Part shown: in pieces, positions 43,370-54,537 of the stretch
Layout of the letters: each line of letters starts with the position of its first letter
Numbering within the stretch: position 1 is the stretch's first letter
Source: Eledone cirrhosa
Taxonomy: Eukaryota
DNA: 64,000 bases
Direction of reading: 5' to 3'
NCBI GenBank assembly: GCA_964016885.1
Contig: OZ024743.1
Coordinates: 99,014,001 to 99,078,000, forward strand
Notes under the pieces: generated by a model
Seen by the model: only the letters and a program-made list of their open reading frames with translations
Told to the model about the DNA's origin: nothing
Databases searched by the model: none
Position numbers and translations under genes: made by a program

Positions 43370-44330
43370 CATCAACAGCTACTTTATTTTATCAACCCTG
43401 AAAGTTGACTTCAGTGGGATGTGAACACTGCAAGGTATTTTGCCCAATGTTCTAATTCTGTCAATCCACCATAATAATAATTGTTTCTACTCTTGGCACA
43501 AGGCCAGCAATTACCCGAGTGCATTACTAGTACTTTACTGGTACTTTATTTTATCGACCCCGTAAGGATGAAAAGCAAAGTTAACCTCGGCGGGATTTGA
43601 ACTCAGAATGGCAAGGGCCGTAACTCTATGCATCAAAGTATGGCGTCTGACCCTCTACCGACATTGCCAATCCACCGCCCTAATCCACTATAATAATAAT
43701 AATGATAATTGTTTCTACTTTTGGCACAAGGCCAGCAATTACCCCAGTGCATTACTGGTACTTTATTTTATCGACCCCGTAAGGATGAAAGACAAAGTTA
43801 ACCTCGGTGGGATTTGAACTCAGAATGGCAAGGACCGTAACTCTATGCGTCAAAGCATGGTGTCCAACCCTCTACCGATACTGCCAATGGTTTCTGATTT
43901 TAGACAAAAGGTCAACAATTTCGTGGAAGGGAAAGTCAATTAAATTGACTCCAGTACATTACTGGTACTTTATTTTATTGACCCTGTAAGGATGAGAGGC
44001 AAAGTTAACCTCGGCAGGATTTGAACTCAGAACGTAACTATATGCAGTAAAGCATGTTGTCCAATAATAATAATAACAAAGACAGAGTTGATTATATCCC
44101 AGAACTTACCTGGAAATTTATGTTATTGACTCCAGAAAGGTGAAAGGCAGAGGTAATCTCAGAATTTTAATTCAGAATATAGAAAGTTGTAACTAAATAT
44201 CACAAAGTATTTTGTCTAATGCTCTACTGATTCTGCCAATCTACTGCCCTAATAATTGTTTTTCTATTACTGGCAGAAGGCCAGTAGTTTAGGGAAAGGA
44301 GAAAGTCGAATATATTGACTCCAGTAATAT
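43370..44330 (-). mobile_element. Head-to-tail cluster of 5-6 tRNA-derived SINEs with a Nin/Deu-like central domain
   Basis: Repeated ggtactttattttatcgaccccgtaaggatgaaa..caaagttaacctcgg..ggatttgaactcaga (B-box gttcaaatcc on the minus strand) near 43540, 43757, 43964, with degraded copies near 43380 and 44110. (aat)n tails lie between copies. Confidence 0.85.
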
Positions 44331-44384
44331 TAATATTAGTAATATATCCACCCCAACAAAAAAATTAAATAAATCTTCTCTCAC

Positions 44385-44576
44385 CTGACGTCCTCTAAAC
44401 TCAATTTGAAAGTTTTTGGCCGATTCCTGTGTCACACGCCCTCCGAAGTCCAACTGATACACCTGACTGCCTTCATTCCATAATGGTGCTTTATTGTACA
44501 TAACAAACTGGCGTCCAGCACACACTGTACTGGAACCCATGCGGCGTGGCTCTCCACGACGTCGTGCTTTTCGAAT
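44385..44576 (-). CDS. TULP4: Tubby-related protein 4, penultimate coding exon (IRKARRR...FVMYNKAPLWNEGSQVYQLDFGGRVTQESAKNFQIEFRGRQ)
   Basis: Acceptor ttgtttcag|ATT, donor CAG|gtgaga, 192 bp, phase 0/0. Contains the tubby motif NKxPxWNE..YxLDFGGRVTQESAKNFQI and joins in frame to the exon starting at 40189. Confidence 0.95.
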
Positions 44577-46265
44577 CTGAAACAAATAGAAAAATAAATA
44601 ACTATATTTAAACCTGTATGATATTACCCAGTGTTCCCATGTCTGATGGAAGCTTCCAAGGACTATCATGGATTCCTTCTTAAACCTTTCATTACAATAT
44701 TTCCAAAGAAAAGAAAGACATTGCCTATAATTTTCAAATAAGTTTGAAAATAATTGAAAATTTGGAGGGATTAAGTAATATAGGTAAGTTTCTCATTATT
44801 AATTCATGACTTCCTGTAGCACATGAAACTGCATTACCAGTACAGAACAACATTATGACTACATCATATTAAAAATTAAAGTCTTTAATTTGGTTTACTG
44901 TAAATTTCTACAATGATCTGTCCACTAGGAGAGATATTATAAACATTTGAATTAACAACCCTGTTTTTTTTTCTTTATTTCTTACTAAATCATTACAGGA
45001 TGTTAAGAGTTGAACTAGTGTTCAGGGAATAACTTAAAGGTTCTTAAATAACATTATTATGGAGGTGACAGTAAACAGCTTAGAATAAACAGCTTTGTAT
45101 CTTAGAACCAGAGACAGTTCCAGATTTTGAGTGAGGAAATGAACGTTGTGATATGCCTTTTACAATGGTATTAGTGATATAATGAAAGAATATTAAAACT
45201 GGGAATTGAAACTTAGTAATGGATAGTTCTTCTTGGGAACCTTAATTGAGCATTACACCTGAGAAACCATGAAAAACGAAACAGAAAATTAGATTATCCT
45301 TATTACCCTCCAATTTTTCTCCTCATCATTACAGTCATGACTTACATCTGTCCTAGTTGCTGACAAGGTTTGTTTCTCAAGTAGTTTCTGATAGAATCAT
45401 CATAATCATCATCATTTAATGTCCATTTGGACAGGCTTTCACTGATTGAGTCAGTACTTAAGCTACTGACCTCCCAGACAGACCAGGGTCCACAGTTCCC
45501 TTACATATGGTTTCATGCTCCACTGAGTGCATTTTATCATGACACCAGCACTTGAGAAATTGTCATGTTTTGACATAACTGAAGGGTCCTCCAAACTCTT
45601 TGTTTGGCAAGCTTTCTATGAATGGATGCCCTTCGTATCACCAACCACAGTGTGTACTGCGTGTGTTTATTGTGTAGATAACTAGGGAGGCTGTCCTCCC
45701 AACCCTTTCTTTAGAAAGCCTTCTACCACTTTACAGCATGTACTGGGTGTGTTTATTGAGTGAAACACCAACACTAGAGAGATTGTCATGCCGCTGACAC
45801 AACTGATGTACCCCAAATTTACTTCTATCAACCATTTTCAAACTGAGTAAAAATCACTAGAATAGTAATCAGAGGATTGTTAAATGTACTGGGGACTACG
45901 ACATATTTCTAATGAAAAATGATACCTATGATTTTCAAATAATTTTGAAAATAACCAAGAATTTAGAAGCATTTAGTAACACAATCAAATTTTCCATTAT
46001 TAAGCTGATGTTTGGAGCATAATTTAACAAAGGTTCTTACAAAAAATCTTTTTGGAAGGTTTTGAGATAAATATAAAAACTTCAAATCAAATAGTTTTGT
46101 GTTGTAGAACTAAGGGGAGTTTGATATAAAAAATATTTCTGCACAGTCCAAACTCTTTCAGTTGCATCATGGAAGTGCTATTTTAGCCATTTAGACTCTC
46201 ACTACCACCACAAAACAAACCCTCTTATATCATTTTACATTATTACATCAAGTTATTATTACATA

Positions 46266-46460
46266 GGGCGGTGTATTGGCAGTATCGGTAGAGGGTCAGA
46301 CGCCATGCTTTGCAGCAAAGAGTTACGGCCCTTTATGGTCTGAGTTCAAATCCCGCCGAGGTTAACTTTGCCTTTCATCCCTACGGGGTCGATAAAATAA
46401 AGTACCAGTAATACACTGGGATAATTGCTGGCCTTGTGCCAAAAGTAGAAACAATTATTA
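46266..46460 (+). mobile_element. Full-length tRNA-derived SINE, same family as the 43.4-44.3 kb cluster
   Basis: A-box-like tggcagtatcgg, B-box gagttcaaatcc, central gaggttaactttgcctttcatccctacggggtcgataaaataaagtaccag and tail gaaacaattatta. The sequence attacat occurs on both flanks as a possible TSD. Confidence 0.85.
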
Positions 46461-46780
46461 CATCAAGTTAAATTTTTGTTGTACCTCACAAAACGAGAGA
46501 AAAGTGACTATAACAATTTGTGTGATTTATTAAATAGTTAAAATCCCATGATGTAACTGTTTCAGTTTTAACATTTCAACATTTAGTCTCAGATTAATTC
46601 ATCTTCCAAGCAAATACAACTTTCAAACTTCTTTTCTTTTAATAAATTCACTAGTAGGACCTGTTAGTCCGCATCAACAAGTTTGTATAAACAAATCAAA
46701 AGTGGAATAACCTTTTTGATATTGAACCCCCTGAAACTGCTTCTGGTTCTCTAGTACAAAGCTGTTTATTTTAAAGTGTT

Positions 46781-46811
<31 letters not shown>

Positions 46812-47204
46812 CGAGAGTTCAAAGAATCAACGAACAGAGCTACACAATGTCTTATTCATTATCACCATGAAATTGGATAATATGATGGAAAAAATTGTGA
46901 GTTTACATTTATCTTATTTACAAATACATATTGAGAGCATTCACAGGTGGACGTATACAGTAATTAGAGTATTAAAAAATAATTTCTTATTTTCATATTT
47001 CATCAACATAATTGTAATATACATTTCTGAAAATATATCTCTGTAAACAGAATGGCAGACTTGATTGTGGTATGGTGGATAAGACCATGAAAATCCTGTA
47101 TGAAATAAATGTTCATGAGGCTAATACTGAATTAAATACATGTACATAGTAAATACGGCACATAATGATAAACTGCTAGAAACTTGTTTGACAAAAATAT
47201 TTAA

Positions 47205-47620
47205 CAATAGTTTCTGATTTATGCACAAGGACAGCATTTTTGGGGGAAGGGAAAATTAATTATACCGACCCAGGTTCTTTGCTGGAACTTTATTTTATCG
47301 ACTCCAGAAGGATAAAATGCAAAGTTGACCTCAGCAGGAGTTGAATGTAAAGAGCTGGAACAAATAGCTGCAAAGCATTTGTCTGATGCTCTAATGATTC
47401 TGCCAGCCTTCTTAAAATATAATGCTTTCTGACTTAGGCACGAGGCCAGCAATTTGGGGAGAAGGGAAAGTCAATTAAATTAACCCCAGTACATGACTGG
47501 TATTTTATTTGATCAACCTTGTAAGGATGAAAGGCAAAGCTAACCTCGGTGGAATTTGAACTCAGAATGTAAAGAGTCATGTCCAATGCTCTACCAATGC
47601 TGCCAACCCACTGCCCTTTA
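47205..47620 (-). mobile_element. Two tandem copies of the Nin-like tRNA SINE; further copies at ~42435-42530 (+), ~49060-49200 (-) and ~56670-56810 (-)
   Basis: Same central domain (aggatgaaaggcaaag.taacctc) and B-box. Confidence 0.75.
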
Positions 47621-49991
47621 TAATGTAATAACAATCATTTGTATTAAACATATTTTATACCTATTTCATAACATCTGTCAAACACGAGCCAATGTTGAGC
47701 CACCACATGGTTTTATTATCTGCCAGAAACAGTCACCAATTTCCTCTCAAATCACAACTTGCCATTTAAAAAAAAATGGACGGCCACATTGGATGATGTA
47801 GTCCTAAATACACTCTTTAAAAAAGGCCACATTGGATGATGTAGTCCTAAATACACTCTTTAAAGAGGCAGCATAATGATCATAAACAACAACAACAACA
47901 ATATCATTTGAGCAGATCAATGTGTCTTCTAATGTTACCTAGCCTATTAAACCAATGTGGACATAGCATGGACAAATGGTAAAAAAAAGATTTTAATCAT
48001 GTAATCATTGATTCAATCTCAGTTTGTGATACTTTAGGTAAATGTCTTGTAAGTAAAATTGGGTAGACAGAAATTGTATGGAAGCCCAACAAATGGATTG
48101 TGTCTCTGATCCAAAGATGCAGCCTTGTCACAAAACTGTGTCCCACAGATTCAGTTTCGAAGTTACGTTATGGCACTGTGGAGTATTCAAGCACATATTA
48201 ATCTATGGTTTGGATGACCGGTTGATAGAAGAACTGTATGCTCATCATGAAAACCGATGGAGGATCCATCATTATTAGGCCAATACTGCTTAAATAAAGT
48301 TTAACCACTTTATTTTAACATCTTAGTTTTTATGATGAAAATATCAAATGATCTGTCAAATATTATCAAATTTGTCCTGTAGCACTAATAAATCTGTGAA
48401 ATACATTTCTTATTTGAGGCTATTTCTAATGTCTGACATGAATCAGTTTGAAGTGGAAGCCAATTTGTGATGCCTTATTAGAACTCTTCGAATGAAAGCA
48501 GTCACTGACAAGTTTAATGATCAAATAGAAACCATCATGATTTTCTTCAATCTTCTTTTGGATCAAATAAGCAATTACATCAATGTATAATAATACCAAG
48601 TTGATATTAACAATGTAATAAGAATGTAATAAGAATAGCTTTATTATGTCAGTCTTTGTTAGGAACCGTGGAGGATATTTGATTATCTAAGTCAACAAAA
48701 CAGTGAAGTCAGAAGGAAAGAAGGAGATTTATTATTATTAGTGAATGTCATAATCTGTTCTATGAGAAGAAGCAAACTAATAGCTTTGGCTTTCTTGAGT
48801 GGGAAGAGAAAAGTTATTTGTAGACTGGTCACCTATCTTGAATGCTTCCAACAAAGTGGACTCAGCCAAAGGAGGCAATCAAGGGCCAGGTAGGAATGTT
48901 AAACCAGGCAATGGATTCTTCTCTTTTTCTTAACTCCTAAGTCAGTGGGCATTGGGCATTTCTTTTCTTAAACTTGGCAGAATTCATCCCGTCTCTAGGT
49001 CTGAACACAGAGAAAGAGAAAGTGTGATAGAGAGGAATTGAGAGATATAGAGAAAGAATCAATCTGGACTGGTACTTTTCTTATCAACCTCAAAAAGGTG
49101 GAAGGCATTGTTGACTTTGGTAGGTTTTGAAGCCAGAACATAGAGGGCTGGAATGAATATGGCAAAGCATTCTATCTGACATTCAAACGACTCTCCCAGT
49201 CTTGAAAATAATTACTGGGGTTGATATGAGCCACTAAATCCCTTTATGGTAGTGCTCCATCATGGACATAGTTTATAGTCTTCTTGGTTTATTTCTGTCA
49301 TTCTACATTAATGTATATATTTATGTTGCCTTTAAGGCAAAATAAAGAAATCCTTGTATTATTACTATTTTTTATAGTTGAGTCAGAAGGGGGTGGGATA
49401 TATGTGTATGTGTATGCATGTGTCAACATCTATTTTATATAATTCTAAAACAGCAGATTCAAATACTGGTAGCTAAAGTATATATTATTTTAGTTGTCAT
49501 TGTTGTCATCATTGTGCCCATCATCTTTATGTCTGGTTTCTATGTTGGCATGGATTGGTGGGTTTCTCAGACCAAGTCAGTTCTTATTCAAAGTTATGAC
49601 CCTCCTAAATAGGATGGAAGACTATATTTCCCTCGTGCATTCCATTTTGGGTATGGTCTCTGTAGTTGGATACCCCTTTTAATATCAACAATTTACAGAA
49701 TGTACTATGTACATTTTATTGTGCCATCAGCACTACTGAAGTTGTCAAGTACTTGACTAAAGTGTCCACTATACCCTACATTGTTTCCTTTTGGTTGCCA
49801 ACTATTTACTGTGTGTAGTGGGTGCATTTTATCATGACAACGGATCTAGTGGATTTTTGGCCTTAAGAAATTTGGTGAAAGCAGGATGGTTGGTTTTCAA
49901 CATCAACAAAGGTTTCAAACAAATATAGCATGCACATCTCAGGATTGCCTATGAGCTTCATCTATTTCTTAGATCAATGACTTCTTGTCAG

Positions 49992-50023
<32 letters not shown>

Positions 50024-50024
<1 letters not shown>

Positions 50025-50213
50025 GAAAAGAGTCAGGACCCCGTAGGCTGAGCTCCGGCAGTTTTGACAGTTGAGATCTAGCTGTCAAAATGGCCGGAGC
50101 TCAGCCGTTGGGGTCCTGACTATTTTCCTATTACCCACTCTACTACCATACGTATTGAGTACTCTAGTGTGTTATGGTCCACCTGGTATCCTACCACACC
50201 CTCTTTGTTTGTT
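50024..50213 (+). mobile_element. Hairpin+tail short element, divergent subfamily copy
   Basis: Inverted repeat 50024-50128 plus tail tattacccactctactaccatacgtattgagtactctagtgtgttatggtccacctgg, with (TA)n on both sides. Confidence 0.85.
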
Positions 50214-50232
50214 ATATATATATATATATATA

Positions 50233-51452
50233 TCATCATCATTATCGTTTAACGTCTATCTTCCACGCTAGCATGGGTTTAGACAGGAATTGTCCTACTT
50301 GCGGCAAGATTGGTCAGGTGACCATGTCTCGCTCGTATAGGACTGTCTGGCAGGTTTTCTACGGCTGGATGCCCTTCCTAGCACCAACCACATTTACAGT
50401 GTGGACTGGGAGGTTTTTACCATGTTACCTACACGGCCACATTACAGCGTGGACTGTGTGTTTTTGTTGTGACACCTACACGATCTCATATATTTAGGAC
50501 TGGATATTGTGGTACCAACATAACTTTACAGAGAAAGGGTGGTGTTGGTGGAGTGGGGTGAGTAGGTGTAGTGGGATGGGGTATATATTTTGGTTAAGAG
50601 GTAGGTTTCGCTTTGTACATAGGCAAGGCGGGTTTTCTGTATTACTGCATAGCGCCAAAGCTCTCGGTCCAGTGACAATGTCTTAGAGAGGTGTAAGTGT
50701 GTAAGGTCGGAATTTATCAAATTGTCCCAGGTTTTTCTGGGTCTGCCTACTCCGTAACTTCCATCAATTTTGATCGCCCTGCACTTTTTTATACAGCTGT
50801 CGTCTTTCATGCACATCACGTGTCCATACCAACGTAGTCTTCTCTCGAGTAAACAGCCCCTCTTATTCCTAATTTCTCACTTAGTTCATTTATGCTTTGC
50901 TGTTCACGTATATTACTATTTCACATCCAACAGAGTATGGATGCTTTGTTCCTCTCCAGTCTGCGCAGATCCTCTGCACACAAGGCCCATGTCTCACTGC
51001 CATGTAGCATTGCTGTTCGTATGCAGGCATCATACAGTCTGCCTTTCATTTTTAGAGAGAATCCTTTAGCAGCCAATAGCAGTATAAGCTCTCTGAACCT
51101 TTTCCATCCTGTTCTGACTCTGGCTACTATACTTTCAGAACACCCTCCACCACTGCTGATTTTGTCACCCAGGTAACGGAAGATATCCACTATTTCTATA
51201 GAACCATCTGGGCAATAGAAGGAGCTAGTATCCTGTGGGCACTTGCTACTTATTGCACCTGAGCATCAGCCACATATAAAATCTACGTTCTTAGATAGCT
51301 TACCTGTGATCCAACTACATCTTTTATGTACCCATAGTTTGCATTTGGGACATAAAATGGAATTTCTGCCTACTCCTTTCCTACACACTGAGCATGGCCA
51401 TTTCCCAGAGGGTACCTGTACCCTATTTTCCTTTCTACATACTAGAACTTTA

Positions 51453-51454
<2 letters not shown>
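50233..51454 (-). mobile_element. 5'-truncated RTE-clade LINE: RT C-terminus with inserted PHD-like zinc finger, 3' UTR and (GAT)n tail
   Basis: TKVLV..PCSVC..CPKCKLWVHKRC..FICG*C..VDIFRYLGDKISSGGG..ARVRTGWKRFREL..KGRLYDACIRTAMLHGSETW..GRPRKTWDNLINSDL..DRELWR, with a nonsense codon and frameshifts. Confidence 0.9.
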
Positions 51455-51490
<36 letters not shown>

Positions 51491-51667
51491 TATATATAAA
51501 TACAAAGACCCAAATCTGAAGAGGCCTCGGTAAGGATTGTATATATATATATAAGTGTATATAAACCCATAGAGCAAATATTTATTATTAATACAGACTA
51601 AAGCAAAGAATTTCTGCTTTCATCCTGTATAGGATCTTCTGAAATGAAGATATATATATATATATAT

Positions 51668-51835
51668 AACAAAGGAATTGTGGTAAGGAACCAGATGGAC
51701 CATAACGCACCAGAGTACTCAATACTTAGGGTAGTAGAGTGTGAAATAGGAAAAAGTATGACCCCGACGGCTATTTCAGGACTCAAATAGCCGTCGAAAC
51801 AGCTTGAGCTCTGCCGTCGGGGTCATACTTTTTCC
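51668..51835 (-). mobile_element. Hairpin+tail short element, reverse copy with a deletion in one arm
   Basis: Reverse complement of the 33159 element. The tail-proximal arm has lost the segment between two gacggc repeats. (TA)n flanks. Confidence 0.85.
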
Positions 51836-51919
51836 TATATATATATATATAGGCAGAAAAGGGAACGTGCTAACATGGAAAGTAGACGTAAATGATGATG
51901 ATAATGATGATACATAAGT

Positions 51920-52486
51920 TAATGGAAGCTATGGAGTAGAAAGACGTAGGAAGATTTGGAATGAGGTGATAAAAGCTGACCTTGAACAATTGCACCTCTC
52001 AAAAGCGATGATACAAGACTGAGATCTCTGGTGGTGCAGTAATACAGACGACCTGCCTTCCCATGTGCACAGGTTGAAGCATACATCTAGTATGCAGCAC
52101 CTTCTCCTCCATTCTCTCTTCCATACGCCTCCCATGTCCTATCTCTCTACCCATGCCCTAAAACTATGCACTCGCCCTAACACTTCACCCTCACACACAT
52201 CCCTAGATCTAGCTCCCCAATCCCCACATACTTTGTCCACCCAAATCTCCAGTTCCCACTGTAAAGTGGTCGTGTAGGTGTCATGACAAAAAGCACCCAG
52301 TACTCACTGTAAATGTGGTTGGCATCAAGAAGGCCATCCAGCCATAGAAACCAAGCCAAAATCAGTTCTGTATGAGCAAGACATGGTCATCTTACCTAGT
52401 TTGTGAAACAATAGGACAACTCATCTAACCCATACTAGAGTGGAAAAATGGATGTTAAACGTTGATGATGATGATGATGATGATGA
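51920..52486 (+). mobile_element. RTE LINE 3' end (ORF C-terminus, C-rich spacer, 3' module, (GAT)n tail)
   Basis: GSYGVERRRKIWNEVIKADLEQLHLSKAMIQD*DLW parallels 50526-50819, followed by aagaaggccatccagccatagaaa and gttaaacgttgatgatgat. Confidence 0.8.
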
Positions 52487-52496
52487 TACACACACA

Positions 52497-52532
<36 letters not shown>

Positions 52533-52535
<3 letters not shown>

Positions 52536-52700
52536 CATCATCATCATCATCATTTTACGTCCGCTTTTCCCTGCTTGCAAGGGTGGGACGGGAACTGATT
52601 CTGGCTTGATTTCTACAGCTGGATGCCCTTCCTAACACCAACCTCATTTACAGTGCTTTTTTGCCGTGGCACCTCCACGACCACTTTGCAGTGGAATGAT
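52533..52700 (-). mobile_element. RTE 3'-module repeat; similar copies at ~45405-45800, ~49500-49850, ~53100-53200, ~54705-54900 (-) and ~56300-56505 (+)
   Basis: Shared ttctac.gctggatgcccttcctaacaccaacc motif and (cat)n tail. Confidence 0.65.
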
Positions 52701-52721
52701 ATGGACCCCAGTCCCTATCAT

Positions 52722-52860
52722 CTCATTTCTACAGCTGAGTAAACTGGAGCAATGTGAAATAAAGTGTCTTGCTCAAGGAAACAACACCCGGTCTGAGAAT
52801 TGAATTCACAACCTTTCGTTTGCAAGGCCAATGCTCTAACCACTAAGCCATGTGCCTCCA
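52722..52860 (-). mobile_element. Second tRNA-derived SINE family (CORE-like body); other copies at 54936-55056 (+) and ~55815-55938 (-)
   Basis: A-box tggcttagtgg, B-box-like gagttcgattt/gaattcaatt and body ttgagcaagacactttatttcac.ttgctcc in all three copies. Confidence 0.75.
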
Positions 52861-54357
52861 TATATTATATAAATACATATAGTGAGCAAATGGACAGAAA
52901 CTAAAAAAAAAACGAGAACAAGGTCAAAATTGAGGATACTAGTTTAGCCCTGAGATGTAAGAAAAAGTTTGTCTATAACATGCTGGGCTATGTCCTTCAT
53001 CTGATAGTAGAGGTGAGTGAACGACAATATAATGGCAAGGCTGAATGACTGTTGATAAGAAATATAGACACAGAAATTTGATATTCAATAGATATTCCCC
53101 TCTTTTTATAGTTGGATACCCTTCCATTTTTAGAAGCCCTTTCTAACACCAACCACTTTATAGAGTGTATTGAAGCAGCAGGACTAGTGAGGCTCATGGT
53201 CAATGACTCATCTGCAGACCCCTTTCTACCCTTAGGGTGGGGCAAGGGAGATAAGAAAGATGATAAATATGATGTAATAGATAAATGAAATTAGTGAGAG
53301 GGGGAACAATATTATAATATCATGGATTTTTGACTGTTGATATGTTAGCCATGAGTAATATAGACACAAAAATATAATATTCAATAGATATCCCATGTTG
53401 AAATCAGGTGTAATAACATCAAAATATTTTATCAACACTAGGAATAATAGATATAGAGATTATTTATCAATAACATAACCTAGATATTTTCAATACATTT
53501 TTCCATGTGGGTATCTAATAAAATGTTTGTTATAACATTTTCTCTCCACACAGTATATATCACAACTCGTAAAGTTTTGACCTGACAAACATTTCTTCAA
53601 ATAACCAGGATCTTCTGTTCAATTGGAGTGAAATCTAGGCTATAATATAATATAGAACAATGCTTCAGTATTTTTTTTATTGAAGATATTTACTGATGGA
53701 GACTGTTGAGAAACTGAAAGAGATGATCTATTATAACCTTTTCTTTACTTATTCCTAATATCAAATGATAAAATAACTGTTATATTGTGTAGTTGTCAAT
53801 GAAATAAAATAGAAAAATACCAAAATCACTACAAAAGGGAGAAAAAGTAAAGATAAAATCGTTACATGAGTGTTTTCTAAAATATGATGATGATGATGAT
53901 GATGGTGATGGTGATGATGAAAAAAGATGGCTTTTCATGATTGAAGAGTCATTTGAATCAAGTTATTCTTCTGGAAGAAATCAACTAAAAAGGGTCTCTT
54001 TTATTCTTTCTTTTAGGAAAGTGGTTATTCAAATTCTTTTCTGGCTTTTAAGTTTCGTTTTCTGAAGCAAAGGATTTATACTTTGACATTACACATGGCC
54101 ATAGTAGGAAAAACAAGAAAAACAATACTGTTGCATTGTTTTCTGATTCTCAGGCTATCAGATTTTCAATTGAGCATAAACTGATATTTATGCAGCTGAA
54201 ATGTCTTCTGCTTATATTCAAAAACACCTTTCAGTAACCTTCAGCAATATTATTTCCTTATATACCCTACAGAGGCATTGGAGTGTGCAGTGTATTGCTT
54301 TGATAAATACTGAGCTGTAACAACTGCTAAATTCACTTCCAAATTGTTTAATACAAT

Positions 54358-54418
54358 TTTAACACAACCCTTTAACACAACCCTTTAACACAACCCTTTA
54401 CACAACCCTTTAACACAA
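54358..54418. repeat. 13-bp tandem repeat (tttaacacaaccc), about 4.5 copies
   Basis: Directly visible. Confidence 0.9.
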
Positions 54419-54492
54419 TTATAGTTTGTAAAACAACTACAAAATTTTAAATATAGAAAATATGTATATATATCGGACAAAGCTGAGTGGGT

Positions 54493-54537
54493 AGAGAGGA
54501 AGGTAAAAACCCAACTCGGGTTTTTACCTTCCTCTCT
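54493..54537. repeat. Perfect inverted repeat with 20-bp arms and a 5-nt loop
   Basis: agagaggaaggtaaaaaccc aactc gggtttttaccttcctctct. Confidence 0.95.

Noticed and set aside
44289-44669. 126-aa ORF as a stand-alone gene
   Set aside because: Only 44385-44576 is exonic; the flanks are intron read-through past clear splice sites.
46266-46360. tRNA genes at SINE heads (also 52780-52860 and 54936-55010)
   Set aside because: A and B boxes are present, but I see no complete cloverleaf and each continues into a SINE body.
47782-47864. Two-copy 43-bp tandem duplication; similar small ones at 38821-38879 and 53060/53357
   Set aside because: Ordinary local duplications with no further structure.
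53860-54070. Possible upstream TULP4 exon with a poly-His-like (cat)n run on the minus strand
   Set aside because: Stops occur in all frames soon after the candidate acceptor near 54062, and no TULP4 motif is recognisable.
54358-54418. Telomere-like repeat
   Set aside because: The 13-bp unit tttaacacaaccc is not the canonical (CCCTAA)n and the tract is short and internal.
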